Source of the DNA: Gammaproteobacteria bacterium
GTDB taxonomy: Bacteria > Pseudomonadota > Gammaproteobacteria > Arenicellales > JAJDZL01
NCBI GenBank assembly: GCA_022823625.1
Contig: JAJEHQ010000004.1
Span: 8,851 to 72,850 of the forward strand
Reading direction: 5' to 3'
Length of the DNA: 64,000 bases
Shown: positions 45,014 through 56,165 of the stretch, piece by piece
Layout: the number at the start of each line of letters is the position of its first letter
Numbering within the stretch: the first letter of the stretch is position 1
Notes under the pieces: model-generated
What the model saw: only the letters and a program-made list of their open reading frames with translations
Told to the model about the DNA's origin: nothing
The model's database searches: none
Translations under genes and position numbers: made by a program

Positions 45014-47420
45014 CTAAACCCAGTGGCAACTCCAGTCGCACGTTTTCTGGCAACAGGCATAGCTCGTCATTACAAGCCTGCAGTTGAAGATTCAGCTGCA
45101 GAGCACTGTCAGGCTCGCCCACTGCTTTGAATTCAACCGGAATCTGTACTGTCCCGCTCCAGGCCGATAGTGGGTCTGTTTGAAACGATAGATAAGCTTC
45201 ATCTGCCGGCGGATAAGTCACATTTTCTAACTGCCAATCTTCAGACACACTTGAGACCTGTGTGGCTATCAAGTTATCAGCCAATGGCTGATTGGACTGA
45301 ACATGCCAGCCATCTGCAAGGGCCACTTCGACGATTGTCTGTATTTGATTGTCGCTTCGATCCACTGCGCGAACCGTCGCTCTAACACTGCCAGAACCAG
45401 CAAATTCCAAAGGGCCAATTAACCCGTCCCGATGATCCTGCAAGGCTTTCAGTGCATAGCCATAGCTCGTTGGAATCTGCACAATTTCTGCTGCGAATGT
45501 TTGGAATAGTTGATCCGCAAGTCGGGCGTAAATTTGCTGACCTGTACGGCGATGCAGCTTGGACAGCGAACTTGCCGCAACAGAATTGCCCGATGGTAGC
45601 GATTCATCAAAGCGATCTTTGTGTCTGGCAATCAAATCCGCCGCATCGTTTTCTGAAACGAAAAAGAAACCACCTTTCTGCCGGTCCCAGAATTTCTCCA
45701 CCATCGAATCGACTATAGACTGACTCCGCTTAAGCCACAACTCGTCACCAGTTTCATCATACAAGGTAAGCAAGGACTGAGACAAATACGCATAGTCTCG
45801 AAGTTTGCCGGATTCGCTTAGTTTGTCATCACGTAAAATCCGAAAAAGATGTTTTTCATTCGGGTCCCAGGTGTGCATCCAGAGGCGTTCTGCAGCAGTG
45901 ATTGCGGCATTTAGGTATCGCGATTCATCCAAAATTGAACCAGCCTGGGCAAGCGTTGTAATCATCATGGCATTCCATGCCGTGATCACCTTGTCATCAA
46001 GATAGGGTTTGGGTCTGAGCTCTCGAGAGGCTCGCAGCTTTTCAACACCGACCGATAGTTTGTCTAGATAAGATTCGACATTAATTTCAGCCGCGGACGC
46101 ACGGTCTTCTGGAAGTTCGGAGAGAAATAAAATATTTCTTCCTTCAAAGTTGCCAACTTCAGTCACACCATAGTGATTGAGCACAATTTCAGCATCAGTG
46201 CCAACCGATTCGACGATTTCATCCACTGTCCAGAGAAAAAATGTTCCTTCACGTCCTTCGCTGTCTGCATCGGTTGCTGACCAAAACAGTCCTTGTTCGC
46301 CTCGCATGTCGCGCAGCACATATTCCAAAGTCTGCTCCGCAACCCGTCTGTACAATTTCTTTCCAGTCTGTGCAAAGGCTTTAAGGTAAGCTCGGGCCAG
46401 ATGCGCCTGGTTGTAGAGCATTTTTTCAAAATGCGGCACCAACCATTCATTGTCGACCGAATAGCGATGAAACCCGCCTCCAACGTGATCGCGGATGCCG
46501 CCCATCGCCATCGCAGTCAGCCTGTTTTCTGCCAATTGCAACGCAGTTTCATTGTTGTCCCGAATCGCAACATCCAACAACAGAAACAGTTCTGATTCCA
46601 ATGGGAATTTTGAGCTTGGCGGCGAAAACTCATCAAGCGCCTGGTCTTCCAAAAAGAGCTCGGTAACGAAATGGTCTATTTGCAGTTTTCCAATCTCTAT
46701 ATCCTGACTTGATGTCGCACCAAATGACTGGACTGCCTCGGTTACCTGGTTGGCAATTTTTTCGAGCTCCGCCTTGTCATTTTTCCAAACCAAATGTACC
46801 TCATTCAGCAATACCTCGAAATCTTCAGGTGGCACATAAACCAGTCCGAGAAAAGGTTTGCCCTCTGGTGTGACAAACATATGCAGAGGCCAGCCACCAT
46901 TGCCGCCCATAATCTGGACTGCAAGCAAATAAAGTTCATCAACATCGGGATTGATTTCCCGGTCCACTTTGATGGCGATGTAGTGCTCATTCAGCAGCTT
47001 GGCAATCTTTAGATTGTCATAGCTTTCCTCTTCCATCACGTGACACCAATGGCACGAAGAATAACCAATCGAAATTAACACCGGGCGGTCAAGCTGTCTA
47101 GCCAGCTCGAAAGCTTCTTTATCCCAGGCATGCCAGTTGACGGGATTATGAGCGTGCTGATTCAAATAGGGGGACAATTCCAATATCAGACGATTGACGT
47201 AATGGGGCGTACCATCCTCCTGAAGGTGCTTGGTTCGAATTTCGTGGTCTGTACTTCGGGATTTCCAAACCTGATCAATAGCCTGTCGAATTTCCATCGG
47301 CATTTCGGGAGCGCCTGGTAGTGGCAGAAATTGAGAATCGGCTAGTGCAGAAAGAGACCACAATAAACCGAGCAGAGGGACCAGACCAGAACATCCTGAT
47401 CGTAAAAGGAAAAAACGCAT
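45003..47420 (-). CDS. Secreted thioredoxin-domain (DUF255/YyaL-like) protein with DsbD-N-like C-terminal domain
   Basis: Signal peptide present. [16 protein letters not shown]...[16 protein letters not shown] is the DUF255 hallmark. An alpha-toroid middle region follows, then a C-terminal beta domain ending [12 protein letters not shown]. Confidence 0.75.
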   Translation of the reverse strand: MRFFLLRSGCSGLVPLLGLLWSLSALADSQFLPLPGAPEMPMEIRQAIDQVWKSRSTDHEIRTKHLQEDGTPHYVNRLILELSPYLNQHAHNPVNWHAWDKEAFELARQLDRPVLISIGYSSCHWCHVMEEESYDNLKIAKLLNEHYIAIKVDREINPDVDELYLLAVQIMGGNGGWPLHMFVTPEGKPFLGLVYVPPEDFEVLLNEVHLVWKNDKAELEKIANQVTEAVQSFGATSSQDIEIGKLQIDHFVTELFLEDQALDEFSPPSSKFPLESELFLLLDVAIRDNNETALQLAENRLTAMAMGGIRDHVGGGFHRYSVDNEWLVPHFEKMLYNQAHLARAYLKAFAQTGKKLYRRVAEQTLEYVLRDMRGEQGLFWSATDADSEGREGTFFLWTVDEIVESVGTDAEIVLNHYGVTEVGNFEGRNILFLSELPEDRASAAEINVESYLDKLSVGVEKLRASRELRPKPYLDDKVITAWNAMMITTLAQAGSILDESRYLNAAITAAERLWMHTWDPNEKHLFRILRDDKLSESGKLRDYAYLSQSLLTLYDETGDELWLKRSQSIVDSMVEKFWDRQKGGFFFVSENDAADLIARHKDRFDESLPSGNSVAASSLSKLHRRTGQQIYARLADQLFQTFAAEIVQIPTSYGYALKALQDHRDGLIGPLEFAGSGSVRATVRAVDRSDNQIQTIVEVALADGWHVQSNQPLADNLIATQVSSVSEDWQLENVTYPPADEAYLSFQTDPLSAWSGTVQIPVEFKAVGEPDSALQLNLQLQACNDELCLLPENVRLELPLGLVRD

Positions 47421-47422
47421 TG

Positions 47423-48001
47423 TCAGAGTGCCCGATAGCGATTAAACGCAATCATGGCATCAACTCGCCCCCAAATCACTCCTAGAATCAGTCCTGTCGT
47501 GTGAGCAATATTGGCCACATTCGGGATTAGATTGAGCCAACAGGCAATAAACCAGATCATCATCAACGGTATGACGGCTCTTGGTATCACTCCAGCATAA
47601 CCGATGGGATTGAACTTCATCTGCATCCAAATATAGCCCACGAATGCGTACACAACGCCAGACATACCACCGAATGCCGGTCCAGAATACCAATATTGCG
47701 CCAAATTGGAAACTGATGCAGCGACTGCAAAAATGAACAGGTAAACCAACCATCCGCGGCGCTTTTCGATTGCTCCACCACAAACCCAGACCCACAGCAA
47801 ATTGAAAACTAGGTGATAGATGTCGAAATGAATAAATGCGGGCGTGATCAATCGCCACAGCTCACCTGATCGAATTTCATCCAATACCCCGAATGATGAG
47901 GCGGTGATCAGCGTCTTGGTTACGATCACGGCAGACTCACCAAAACCACTCAAAAGAGTGACAAAAATCGACATTCCTATCAGGCCAATAGTGATCTGCA
48001 T
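47423..48001 (-). CDS. Rhomboid-family intramembrane serine protease
   Basis: [10 protein letters not shown] (H..N motif), catalytic GGMSGVVYA, and a downstream His in NIAHTTG. Confidence 0.8.
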   Translation of the reverse strand: MQITIGLIGMSIFVTLLSGFGESAVIVTKTLITASSFGVLDEIRSGELWRLITPAFIHFDIYHLVFNLLWVWVCGGAIEKRRGWLVYLFIFAVAASVSNLAQYWYSGPAFGGMSGVVYAFVGYIWMQMKFNPIGYAGVIPRAVIPLMMIWFIACWLNLIPNVANIAHTTGLILGVIWGRVDAMIAFNRYRAL

Positions 48002-48034
48002 GTCTTTACCTAAGTCCGATTTTTCGATCTAAAC

Positions 48035-48403
48035 TCAATCATCAATTAATTCGATTCTGTCTGACGCACCTAATGTCACCACCCTACCGTCAAGAGTAGT
48101 AAATGTTCGGCCCTTGATGTCTTTTTGACGCGCCTTATAGCTGAATGGTTCTTCCTGTTGAGCATTGATTACGCGTATGGTGAGTATCGTGTTATCAGAC
48201 TGCCACTTGAAGAAGTAGACAATTCCGGAGGACACCGCGAGGATACCCGCCACTGTATAGACCACCCATTTTGAGGGTTTGTTCGGAAAAGCAGTGCTGT
48301 GTTTCGCTTTCTGTACAGCTTGGGACACGGGCCTGAATCGAGCCTGGTAAACAAGCAAAACAACCACGATCACCGCGATCGTAAATAGGAATTTCGTTAA
48401 CAT
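48035..48403 (-). CDS. Hypothetical two-TM membrane protein
   Basis: 122 aa with two hydrophobic helices and no recognisable motif. Confidence 0.4.
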   Translation of the reverse strand: MLTKFLFTIAVIVVVLLVYQARFRPVSQAVQKAKHSTAFPNKPSKWVVYTVAGILAVSSGIVYFFKWQSDNTILTIRVINAQQEEPFSYKARQKDIKGRTFTTLDGRVVTLGASDRIELIDD

Positions 48404-48644
48404 GAAAGTTCAGGCGTTTGGATTCAGACAAAAGACCGGGTGGACTGGCTTTCTTCTATTTTATGACAATCGGCTTTGTCAATCGTTTCTGCAAGAGCGA
48501 ATCCTACCAACAATCCATAGTCCTCTAAAGGTGACAAAGCGTAGGATAATTACGCCAACAACTTTGATCCCATGCCATGACTTCAGATTTCACGTCGATC
48601 AATAACCCGCGAATTCACCAATACCATCCAGACAAGCACTTTCC

Positions 48645-49859
48645 ATGCAGCGGTTGAAAATTACGATCGCGTTGATCTGTGTTGCTCACGTCCTAGGTAT
48701 GGTGCCGTTCGCGGTATATCCTACACTGATTCCGACCTTACAAATTGAGTGGGCAGCCTCTAACACTGAAATCGGTTGGGTGGCCGGGATTTACTTTGGA
48801 GGTTACCTGCTCGGTGTTTTTCTACTCGTACCCCTAACAGACCGTATTGATGCCCGAAAAATTTATCTCTATTCGATGGCATTAACAATGCTTGCACCTT
48901 TGGGATTTGCGTTTCTTAATACGGGTGTTGCCACCGCCAGCTTTTGGCGTTTTGTTCAGGGAGTTGCATTAGCCGGTACCTACATGCCAGGACTCAAGTC
49001 TCTGGTCGATGCAGTTCCTAACCACCTTCAAAGTAGAACTGTCGCAGTTTACACCATGTGTTTTGGTGTTGGTGTTGCTGTGTCGTTTCTGACTGCCGGT
49101 CTTTTGGCGGACATGATGACCTGGCAGTACAGCTTTGCTGCTTCCTCGATCGGAGCTTTGCTGGCGTTCTTCATCGCACTTTTGTTTCTCCCACAGTCAT
49201 CACCACTTCGGGCAAACGAAAAGTTTACTTTGCTGCCAGACCTTAAACCGGTGTTTAAAAATCGTAAGGCAATCGGATTCAGCATTGCCTACAGCGTGCA
49301 CAACATGGAGTTGTTTGTTTTTCGGTCATGGACGGTTACTTTTCTGGTTTTTGCGATGTCGGGTCGAGATTTACTGACTTTTGGCAGCAACTGGAATCCG
49401 GCCTTTATTGTCGCATGTGCCACGTTTATCGCCCAACCGTTCAGTGTGATTGTCAATGAAATTGCGGGTCGGATAAATCGTATCAAGGTCATAATTTCGG
49501 TCATGCTGTTAGCTGTGCTGACCGGGATTGCTCTTGGTTTCTCCAGCCAACTGTCAATGATTCTGATTCTGTGCCTGGTGTGTCTTTATGCAATCCTGTC
49601 GATCGCTGACTCCGCATCAATTTCATCCGCCGTCATTGCTTCAGCAGATGCCAGAGTTCGAGGCACAACCATGGCTGTACATACTTTGATTGGTTTTGTT
49701 GGCGCGTTCATTGGTCCCATAATTTTTGGTGTGGTACTGGACCTGGCTGGCGGCGGCCATAGTCCTACCGCCTGGGGTGCGGCATTTCTAACACTCGGTG
49801 TTATTGTTATGATTGGCCCACTGGCGATGCTGAAAATGTCGAATCGCGAACCAGTTTGA
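48645..49859 (+). CDS. MFS transporter
   Basis: 404 aa with a 12-TM pattern. Confidence 0.75.
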   Translation: MQRLKITIALICVAHVLGMVPFAVYPTLIPTLQIEWAASNTEIGWVAGIYFGGYLLGVFLLVPLTDRIDARKIYLYSMALTMLAPLGFAFLNTGVATASFWRFVQGVALAGTYMPGLKSLVDAVPNHLQSRTVAVYTMCFGVGVAVSFLTAGLLADMMTWQYSFAASSIGALLAFFIALLFLPQSSPLRANEKFTLLPDLKPVFKNRKAIGFSIAYSVHNMELFVFRSWTVTFLVFAMSGRDLLTFGSNWNPAFIVACATFIAQPFSVIVNEIAGRINRIKVIISVMLLAVLTGIALGFSSQLSMILILCLVCLYAILSIADSASISSAVIASADARVRGTTMAVHTLIGFVGAFIGPIIFGVVLDLAGGGHSPTAWGAAFLTLGVIVMIGPLAMLKMSNREPV

Positions 49860-49960
49860 ACTGCGCAAGAATAATTTTTTCGGGACAATGCGCGGATAAC
49901 AGAACATTTAGACAAAAAACCAGTCTGTTTTACTAGCCAACTATTTTCTGGAAATCCAAG

Positions 49961-51115
49961 ATGAACAAAAAAAACGAACTCAAACTAATGCACCCTGCTC
50001 ACATTCTGTCGTTGATCCTAACATTCGCAATCTTCTGGATCGCAATTCCCACCCTCGAGGCACAGACTTCTCCTAGATTCAAGGACTGGCCAAATACGGA
50101 CTTCGAAAACAGTGTAATCGAACTCTCCGAAATTCGATCAGGCGGTCCTCCGAAAGATGGCATTCCGTCAATTGATCATCCAGAATTTGTATCAGTTGAA
50201 TCCGCTATGGAATGGCTGAATCTTAGAGAACCGGTCATTGTTTTGGATATTTTGGGCGAGGCCAAAGCCTATCCCTTACAGATTCTGATCTGGCACGAGA
50301 TCGTCAATGACATGCTAAACGACCGATTCGTCGCCGTGACATTCTGCCCGCTTTGCAATGCATCCATCGTATTTGACCGAAATCTTGATGGTGAAATACT
50401 TGACTTCGGTACAACCGGAAATCTGCGAAAAAGTGATCTGGTAATGTATGACCGGCAGTCTGAGTCCTGGTGGCAGCAAATAACAGGTAGTGGTATCGTT
50501 GGGCACTATGCAGGGATTGATCTGGATTTACTGCCATCTCAAATCACGTCCTTTGAACAGTTCGCCCTAGCTTACCCTGAAGGTCAGGTACTGTCCAGGG
50601 ATACAGGCTTCAGAAGAAACTATGGAGACAACCCATACCGCGGCTACGATGACATCAACAACGTTCCTTTTTTACTCAGCGATCCCGCGGACTCCCGTCT
50701 GCCCGCTATGGAAAGAGTCGTCAATGTATCAGTCAATGGTAAACATCGGGTTTATCCATTCTCCGTAATTGACGAAGAGCCGGTCATTAATGACAGGTTC
50801 AACGGTGTTTCAATTGTAATTTTCAGCATGGACGATGCGGCTTCTGCACTCGATGAACGCAGTATTGCAGACTCACGAATCATCCCTTCTGCCACTGTCT
50901 TTAGACGTCAGTTAGATGAACTTCAGCTGGATTTTGAAAAACGTGACGACGGGAACTTTTATGACGTGCAGACTGGATCGCAATGGAATCTTTTCGGACA
51001 GGCTGTCGCCGGGCCGCTGCACGGTAAGGAATTAGTCGATGTCACCAATGGCGTACACTTTGCTTTTGCGTGGCTGGCATTTCACCCAGAGTCGGAAATC
51101 TATAGCAGCCTTTGA
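49961..51115 (+). CDS. DUF3179 domain protein (secreted)
   Basis: Signal/TM N-terminus and the motif TFCPLCNASIVFDR...FGTTGNLRKSDLVMYDRQSESWWQQ. Confidence 0.75.
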   Translation: MNKKNELKLMHPAHILSLILTFAIFWIAIPTLEAQTSPRFKDWPNTDFENSVIELSEIRSGGPPKDGIPSIDHPEFVSVESAMEWLNLREPVIVLDILGEAKAYPLQILIWHEIVNDMLNDRFVAVTFCPLCNASIVFDRNLDGEILDFGTTGNLRKSDLVMYDRQSESWWQQITGSGIVGHYAGIDLDLLPSQITSFEQFALAYPEGQVLSRDTGFRRNYGDNPYRGYDDINNVPFLLSDPADSRLPAMERVVNVSVNGKHRVYPFSVIDEEPVINDRFNGVSIVIFSMDDAASALDERSIADSRIIPSATVFRRQLDELQLDFEKRDDGNFYDVQTGSQWNLFGQAVAGPLHGKELVDVTNGVHFAFAWLAFHPESEIYSSL

Positions 51116-51317
51116 ATGGCATCAACTCATGATCCGAAAAAAATTGGTAATCTCAATATCCGCTCAGTAGACGCAAAGAGTTCAAGCACCGTTTGACGTC
51201 AGTTTTTGTGGCACAACTGGTGTCTAACCAAACTTTCAGGAAAGCCGACAAGCAAGCCTTACCCACAAGTGGGGCTTGCGATTCTGTCAGTTTCACGCAC
51301 CTGGAATAAATCGTACA

Positions 51318-52730
51318 ATGTGCGTTTTTGCGTTATTCTCGCACCACGTCATTCCGTACAAAATAAAAACCACTGCTTTGGTCATCTCCAAGCTCGAACT
51401 CTGGCCTATCATTCGCCTTGCAGCACCCGTGCTACTAGCCCGTGCAGGCGCAATACTGATCATCACCGTTGATGTTGCAATGTGTGGCTATGCAGGTACT
51501 AGGGAAATTGCATTCTATGGACTTGCAAACGGGCTTCATGTTTCGCTGATTCTCATAGGAATTGGATCGGTACTGCCTGTTGCAATTCTGACAGCAAGTT
51601 ATGAAGGGAATGGAAATTTTGCAAATTGCGGTGCGATCTGGCGTGTCGGACTGGTGCACGCACTTGCTATCGGAATTTCGCTCGGAATTCTCATGCTGTA
51701 TGGTGAGTACTTCTTCCGTCTGGTCGGCCAGAGTGAAGAGTTATCAGTCGGAGCCGGACGGGTACTGGCCATGCACGGCCTGGGACTGGCTGGACTTCTT
51801 TGCTTCATCACAACCTCTTTACTGCTTGAAGGATTGCAGCGACCGATACCTGCAATGGTTGTCACATTGGGCTCAAATTTGCTGAACCTTTATCTCAACT
51901 GGATGTTCATTTTTGGCAATCATGGTGCACCCGCAATGGGTGCAGAAGGCGCTGCACTCGCGACTAGTATTGTTCGCTGGGCTGGCTTTCTGATTTTATT
52001 GGGTTATGTGTTTTACGCTGTTGATAGATTCCGCTACGGCGTTGTCGGGAAGCTACGTCAATTTCGGGAATTTTCAAAAAATCTTCGCCAACTTGGCTAT
52101 CCAACAGCACTTGGTCATGGTATGGAATCCGCATCATTTCTGGTTATGACACTGTTTGCCGGTTATATGGGGGTTCTTGAAACCGCAGCCTGGACAATCG
52201 GGATGAACCTTATCACAATTGCGTTTATGATCGGATTGGGCTATTCGATGGCTGCTACTGTTCGCGTGGCTAATTTCCTGGGTCAGGGCAGTCCACAAAA
52301 AGCAGCTCTATCCGGTTGGACAGCTATGATTCTAGGTGCGATTTCTCTGAGTTTGATTGCAACGTTATTTTTTGCTGCACCTGAATTCCTGTCCCGGCTT
52401 TACAGCCAGGACCCGGAGGTTTTGACAATTGCCGTTCCGATGGTGATCGCCGCGGCATTTATTCTGGTTCTAGATGGCCTTCAGGCGGTCTCTGTTGGTG
52501 TGCTGAGGGGATATCAGGACATGTGGTTCATTACGCGCACACTGATTACTGCGTTTTGGGTGGTGATGATTCCATTTGCATGGCTATTCGGGATTCACAT
52601 GGGTGCTGGCCCAACCGGACTCATGTGGTCAGTGGGTGTGGCTTGCTCTGTCGCAATCTTTATAATGGTTTATCGTTTTCGGCGCCTGATCGTGAAATCC
52701 CTACAGGCTCACGGAATCGCCCACACTTAG
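51318..52730 (+). CDS. MATE-family efflux transporter
   Basis: 12-TM pattern with MATE-like repeats. The ATG at 51318 is preferred, and the track ORF starts at a TTG at 51276. Confidence 0.7.
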   Translation: MCVFALFSHHVIPYKIKTTALVISKLELWPIIRLAAPVLLARAGAILIITVDVAMCGYAGTREIAFYGLANGLHVSLILIGIGSVLPVAILTASYEGNGNFANCGAIWRVGLVHALAIGISLGILMLYGEYFFRLVGQSEELSVGAGRVLAMHGLGLAGLLCFITTSLLLEGLQRPIPAMVVTLGSNLLNLYLNWMFIFGNHGAPAMGAEGAALATSIVRWAGFLILLGYVFYAVDRFRYGVVGKLRQFREFSKNLRQLGYPTALGHGMESASFLVMTLFAGYMGVLETAAWTIGMNLITIAFMIGLGYSMAATVRVANFLGQGSPQKAALSGWTAMILGAISLSLIATLFFAAPEFLSRLYSQDPEVLTIAVPMVIAAAFILVLDGLQAVSVGVLRGYQDMWFITRTLITAFWVVMIPFAWLFGIHMGAGPTGLMWSVGVACSVAIFIMVYRFRRLIVKSLQAHGIAHT

Positions 52731-52744
52731 ACGACTGAACGGAC

Positions 52745-54154
52745 TCAACCGTTTCTGCCTCCCCACATTTTCAGCCAGTCCGGCATGGATTTTTTGCGGT
52801 TTTCGACTCTTTTGAAATTCCGTTTCTTGGGCCCGATGTAGAGCTGACGCGGGCGGCCGATTCTATGACTGTCATCGCCGGTAAACATTTCCTTCCAGTG
52901 CGCGACCCAACCCGTTGTTCGAGCAATGGCAAACAGCACTGTGAACATCTGTGTTGGAAAACCCAATGCCCGCAATATGATGCCAGAGTAAAAATCAACA
53001 TTCGGATAAAGCTTTTTCTCAATGAAATATTCATCTTCTAAAGCAATGCGCTCCAATTCCAGAGCGATAGGCAATACCGGATCTTTAATTCCCAATTCGT
53101 TCAGCACTTCGTGACATGTTTCTTTCATGACTTTGGCACGTGGGTCAAAGTTCTTGTACACCCGGTGCCCGAATCCCATCAAACGAAAATTGTCATTCTT
53201 ATCCTTTGCCCTGGCAATAAATTTCGGAATGTTTCGTTTATCACCGATATCACCCAACATGTTGAGTACTGCTTCGTTTGCTCCACCATGAGCCGGACCC
53301 CACAGCGATGCAATACCTGAAGCAACGCATGCAAATGGATTTGCACCAGAAGAACCTGCCAGACGTACCGTCGAAGTTGAAGCATTCTGCTCATGATCGG
53401 CGTGAAGAATCAAAATACGGTCTACTGCGCGCGCAAATATGGGGTTGATTTCATAATCCTCAGTTGGTACGGCAAACATCATTCGTAGCAAGTTTTCCGC
53501 GTAGCTCAATTCGTTCTTTGGATACATAAATGGCTGACCCAACGAATATTTGAATGCAAAGGCGCCAATGGTTGGCATCTTTGCAATCAGTCTGTGGGCG
53601 GCAATCATTCTCTGAAGTGGATCATGGATATCCGTATCTTCATGATAAAACGCAGATAAAGCGCCGACCACACCAACCATGACTGCCATCGGATGAGCGG
53701 AACGTTTGAAGCCGCGATAGAATGATGTCAATTGCTCATGCAGCATCGTATGCATCGTGATTGATTTTTCGAACTCGCGCTTTTCAATCTGGGCGGGCAA
53801 CTCTCCGTGCAACAGCAGGTAGCAGACGTCCAGATATGACGCTTCGGCAACCAGTTGCTCAATGGGATAACCTCGATGGAGCAAAATACCCTTTTCACCA
53901 TCGATAAATGTGATGCCTGACTGACAGGAACCCGTTGATGTAAATCCAGGATCATATGTAAACATACCCGTCTTGGCGTACATTTTCGATATATCGATAA
54001 GACTCGGGCCTTCCGTGCCGTCAAGAATCGGAAATTCGTATGACTGACCAGTGCGATTGTCAGTCATGGTTACGGAATTTTTGTCAACTGCCCTCGCGGG
54101 TAGAGTAACGACATTTTTTTGTTCTTGAGCCATAGTTTCACCGATATCTGTCAA
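52745..54154 (-). CDS. gltA: Citrate synthase (type II)
   Basis: [10 protein letters not shown] and [15 protein letters not shown] are present, and the protein is collinear with GltA. Confidence 0.9.
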   Translation of the reverse strand: MTDIGETMAQEQKNVVTLPARAVDKNSVTMTDNRTGQSYEFPILDGTEGPSLIDISKMYAKTGMFTYDPGFTSTGSCQSGITFIDGEKGILLHRGYPIEQLVAEASYLDVCYLLLHGELPAQIEKREFEKSITMHTMLHEQLTSFYRGFKRSAHPMAVMVGVVGALSAFYHEDTDIHDPLQRMIAAHRLIAKMPTIGAFAFKYSLGQPFMYPKNELSYAENLLRMMFAVPTEDYEINPIFARAVDRILILHADHEQNASTSTVRLAGSSGANPFACVASGIASLWGPAHGGANEAVLNMLGDIGDKRNIPKFIARAKDKNDNFRLMGFGHRVYKNFDPRAKVMKETCHEVLNELGIKDPVLPIALELERIALEDEYFIEKKLYPNVDFYSGIILRALGFPTQMFTVLFAIARTTGWVAHWKEMFTGDDSHRIGRPRQLYIGPKKRNFKRVENRKKSMPDWLKMWGGRNG

Positions 54155-54475
54155 TCATTCCACTTGACGCATTCGTGGACGAACTATTGTACTACGAGAC
54201 TTTTCGATGAGTCCGCATCCAGCATTCAAGCAGTCCGGTATTTATCCGGACACTAAGTGTTCTGTGTCTTTGGTTCGGCACATGGATAGATGGACTGGAA
54301 AAAATCACTGCCAAAAATGATCGATTCAGCCTGCGGTTGTTCGCTATAGACGGGAGTTGTCAATGTGAGACGAATAGAGTCAATGGTTCACAAGAAAATT
54401 TGATGGCGGCGGACGACCGATTTCCCATTGCTATTGAATTAAAATCCTTACATCCTATCACTTGGGCACACTTAA

Positions 54476-55102
54476 CACAGGCGACGAAATGATATTCAAT
54501 CATTTCGCAAGCAAATTGGTCTGAGACAATTTGAGAACAATGTGGTTGAGTGGTTCAAGGCTGCATCGGTTTGCGGTGGTTATACGCGCAGTGCATTAGC
54601 GAGGCAGTTGTGCGAGCTGATCGATTGGCGCAACAGCAAGGGCGAGTTATGAGAAGCGCAGGCGCGCAAGATACTGCCAAAACTAGCGAGCGAGTTGTCG
54701 GTCCAGTTGCCTGCGTCGTCAGTAGCGGTGCCGTTATCATCTCAGCTGCCTGATGTAATCACTGCTTGGTGTGTGTTTGACTTGCAGCGGGTGGCGAAGG
54801 CAGAACCTGAACGATTGGCATCAGAGGTGGTTGAAGCCTATGAATTGGAGTTGCGGCAGTTGCTGCTGCATGAGGTGGTGGACCGGCACTGTCCGATTCG
54901 TCCGCCGCCGCACCTGACGATTCTGGACTATGTGGTGGGGTTGGGCAGGATTGCCGGCTTCAGCCCGACAATAAGACAGCCGCTACCAGGCACCAAGAAG
55001 ATATGGCAGGCAAAAGTGAAATTAATGATCTCGATACAGGCAATCAACTACTACAAAGCAACGTTGCAGAATGAAGCCGACAGCAATCAACACACTGCGT
55101 AA
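54476..55102 (+). pseudogene. Remnant of a Tn5/IS4-like element gene (N-terminal HTH-like part joined to C-terminal tail, core missing)
   Basis: One frame carries an in-frame TGA at 54650-54652. The N-terminus RSALARQLCELIDWRNSKGEL*EAQARKILPKLASE is DUF4338-like. The C-terminus LGRIAGFSPTIRQPLPGTKKIWQAKVKL resembles the Tn5 transposase tail (ARLGGF...G...W.G). It is GC-rich and no DDE core is present. Confidence 0.5.
54676..54753 (+). repeat. 78-bp IS-derived segment, copy A
   Basis: Roughly 85-90 percent identical (aligned by hand, one 3-nt indel) to the reverse complement of 59063-59137. Confidence 0.75.
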
Positions 55103-55121
55103 AGTGCGTCCAAGTGATCGG

Positions 55122-56162
55122 TCAAAAACTGTATCGAATCGATGCAGTACTCGATGAGTCGTTGTTATCGATAAAAGCGTGATCGTTGACCGTTGCTTTG
55201 GCTTTAGATTGATTGAAGCCCAGATTGGCAGACAAGCCACGCGCAATATCGTATTGAATTCCAATAGCAGCAGACCGTTCTTTATTGTTGGCAATCTGGC
55301 CGGAATGACCCTCCAGAGAGAAACTCAGCTGCCCGAATTTTTTTCGAACCCCGACTGATGCATAGCGTCGTTCAACAGACGTACGAGCGATAGAAAAATT
55401 CTCCCGACCGACCCCGCAATCGAAAACTGTACTGCCATAGACCAATTCTCCAACTATTCCGATACCCCTTGTGCTGTATTGATCTGCTCCATTGGGAGAG
55501 ATGTACGTTCCCTTGTTCAATCGAAGTGTTAAACGATAATCCCGGGTACCGTATGGTCGTTGATACACCGCGCCAAAGTCGTAATGACTTTCGTCATCAA
55601 CTACAGAACTGAATACCCACGGACCAAAACGTCCTACATAGCCGCCTCCCCGCTCATCCAACTCACCCAGGAAATTGTCAAACTCCAGGTCCGCGTTTCC
55701 CGCTCCCCTGAAGCGCCGGGTTTGCTCCCGTACGACTCCCGATACGTTCCCAGCTAGAAACCTGCCCCAATAACTCCCAATTGATATAGAGGCGTTATCC
55801 ACATAATCGCTGTCGGTTGATAACCCGGAATCTAAATTATCGCGGTCCGTATACTGACCGAAATAGGATAAACCAAGATGCCAACGGTTTGGCAGTTGGG
55901 TTAGCGCGTTGATCTGAAAGTTCCCAGTGAAGTCGGTACTTGAATTTTTGTTTTCCCGATCTCGGTTCAGAGCGATGTCCAAGACACCACTTGCTGCGAC
56001 GGTGAAATTCCCAATCTGGGTAGCGAACGGCTTTTCCAGTGAGGATAGACGCTCAAAATTCAACGAGGTGGTCTGTGTTTCATCTGGAACATCTGCCTCG
56101 GTGATGCCGTATGCCAGTGCAAAGCTCAGTAGAATCCACCTGATTCTGTTTGCCTTGATCAT
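55122..56162 (-). CDS. Outer-membrane beta-barrel (porin-like) protein
   Basis: Signal peptide, alternating amphipathic strands rich in G/Y/S/N, and a C-terminal ...ASIRYSF with terminal Phe. Confidence 0.6.
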   Translation of the reverse strand: MIKANRIRWILLSFALAYGITEADVPDETQTTSLNFERLSSLEKPFATQIGNFTVAASGVLDIALNRDRENKNSSTDFTGNFQINALTQLPNRWHLGLSYFGQYTDRDNLDSGLSTDSDYVDNASISIGSYWGRFLAGNVSGVVREQTRRFRGAGNADLEFDNFLGELDERGGGYVGRFGPWVFSSVVDDESHYDFGAVYQRPYGTRDYRLTLRLNKGTYISPNGADQYSTRGIGIVGELVYGSTVFDCGVGRENFSIARTSVERRYASVGVRKKFGQLSFSLEGHSGQIANNKERSAAIGIQYDIARGLSANLGFNQSKAKATVNDHAFIDNNDSSSTASIRYSF

Positions 56163-56165
56163 TGT

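Noticed and set aside
54485-54507. A 9-bp-stem hairpin (CGAAATGAT-ATTCA-ATCATTTCG) at the beginning of the Tn5-like remnant frame.
   Set aside because: It could be an IS end structure or a gltA-region regulatory hairpin. There is no second copy or context to decide between these.
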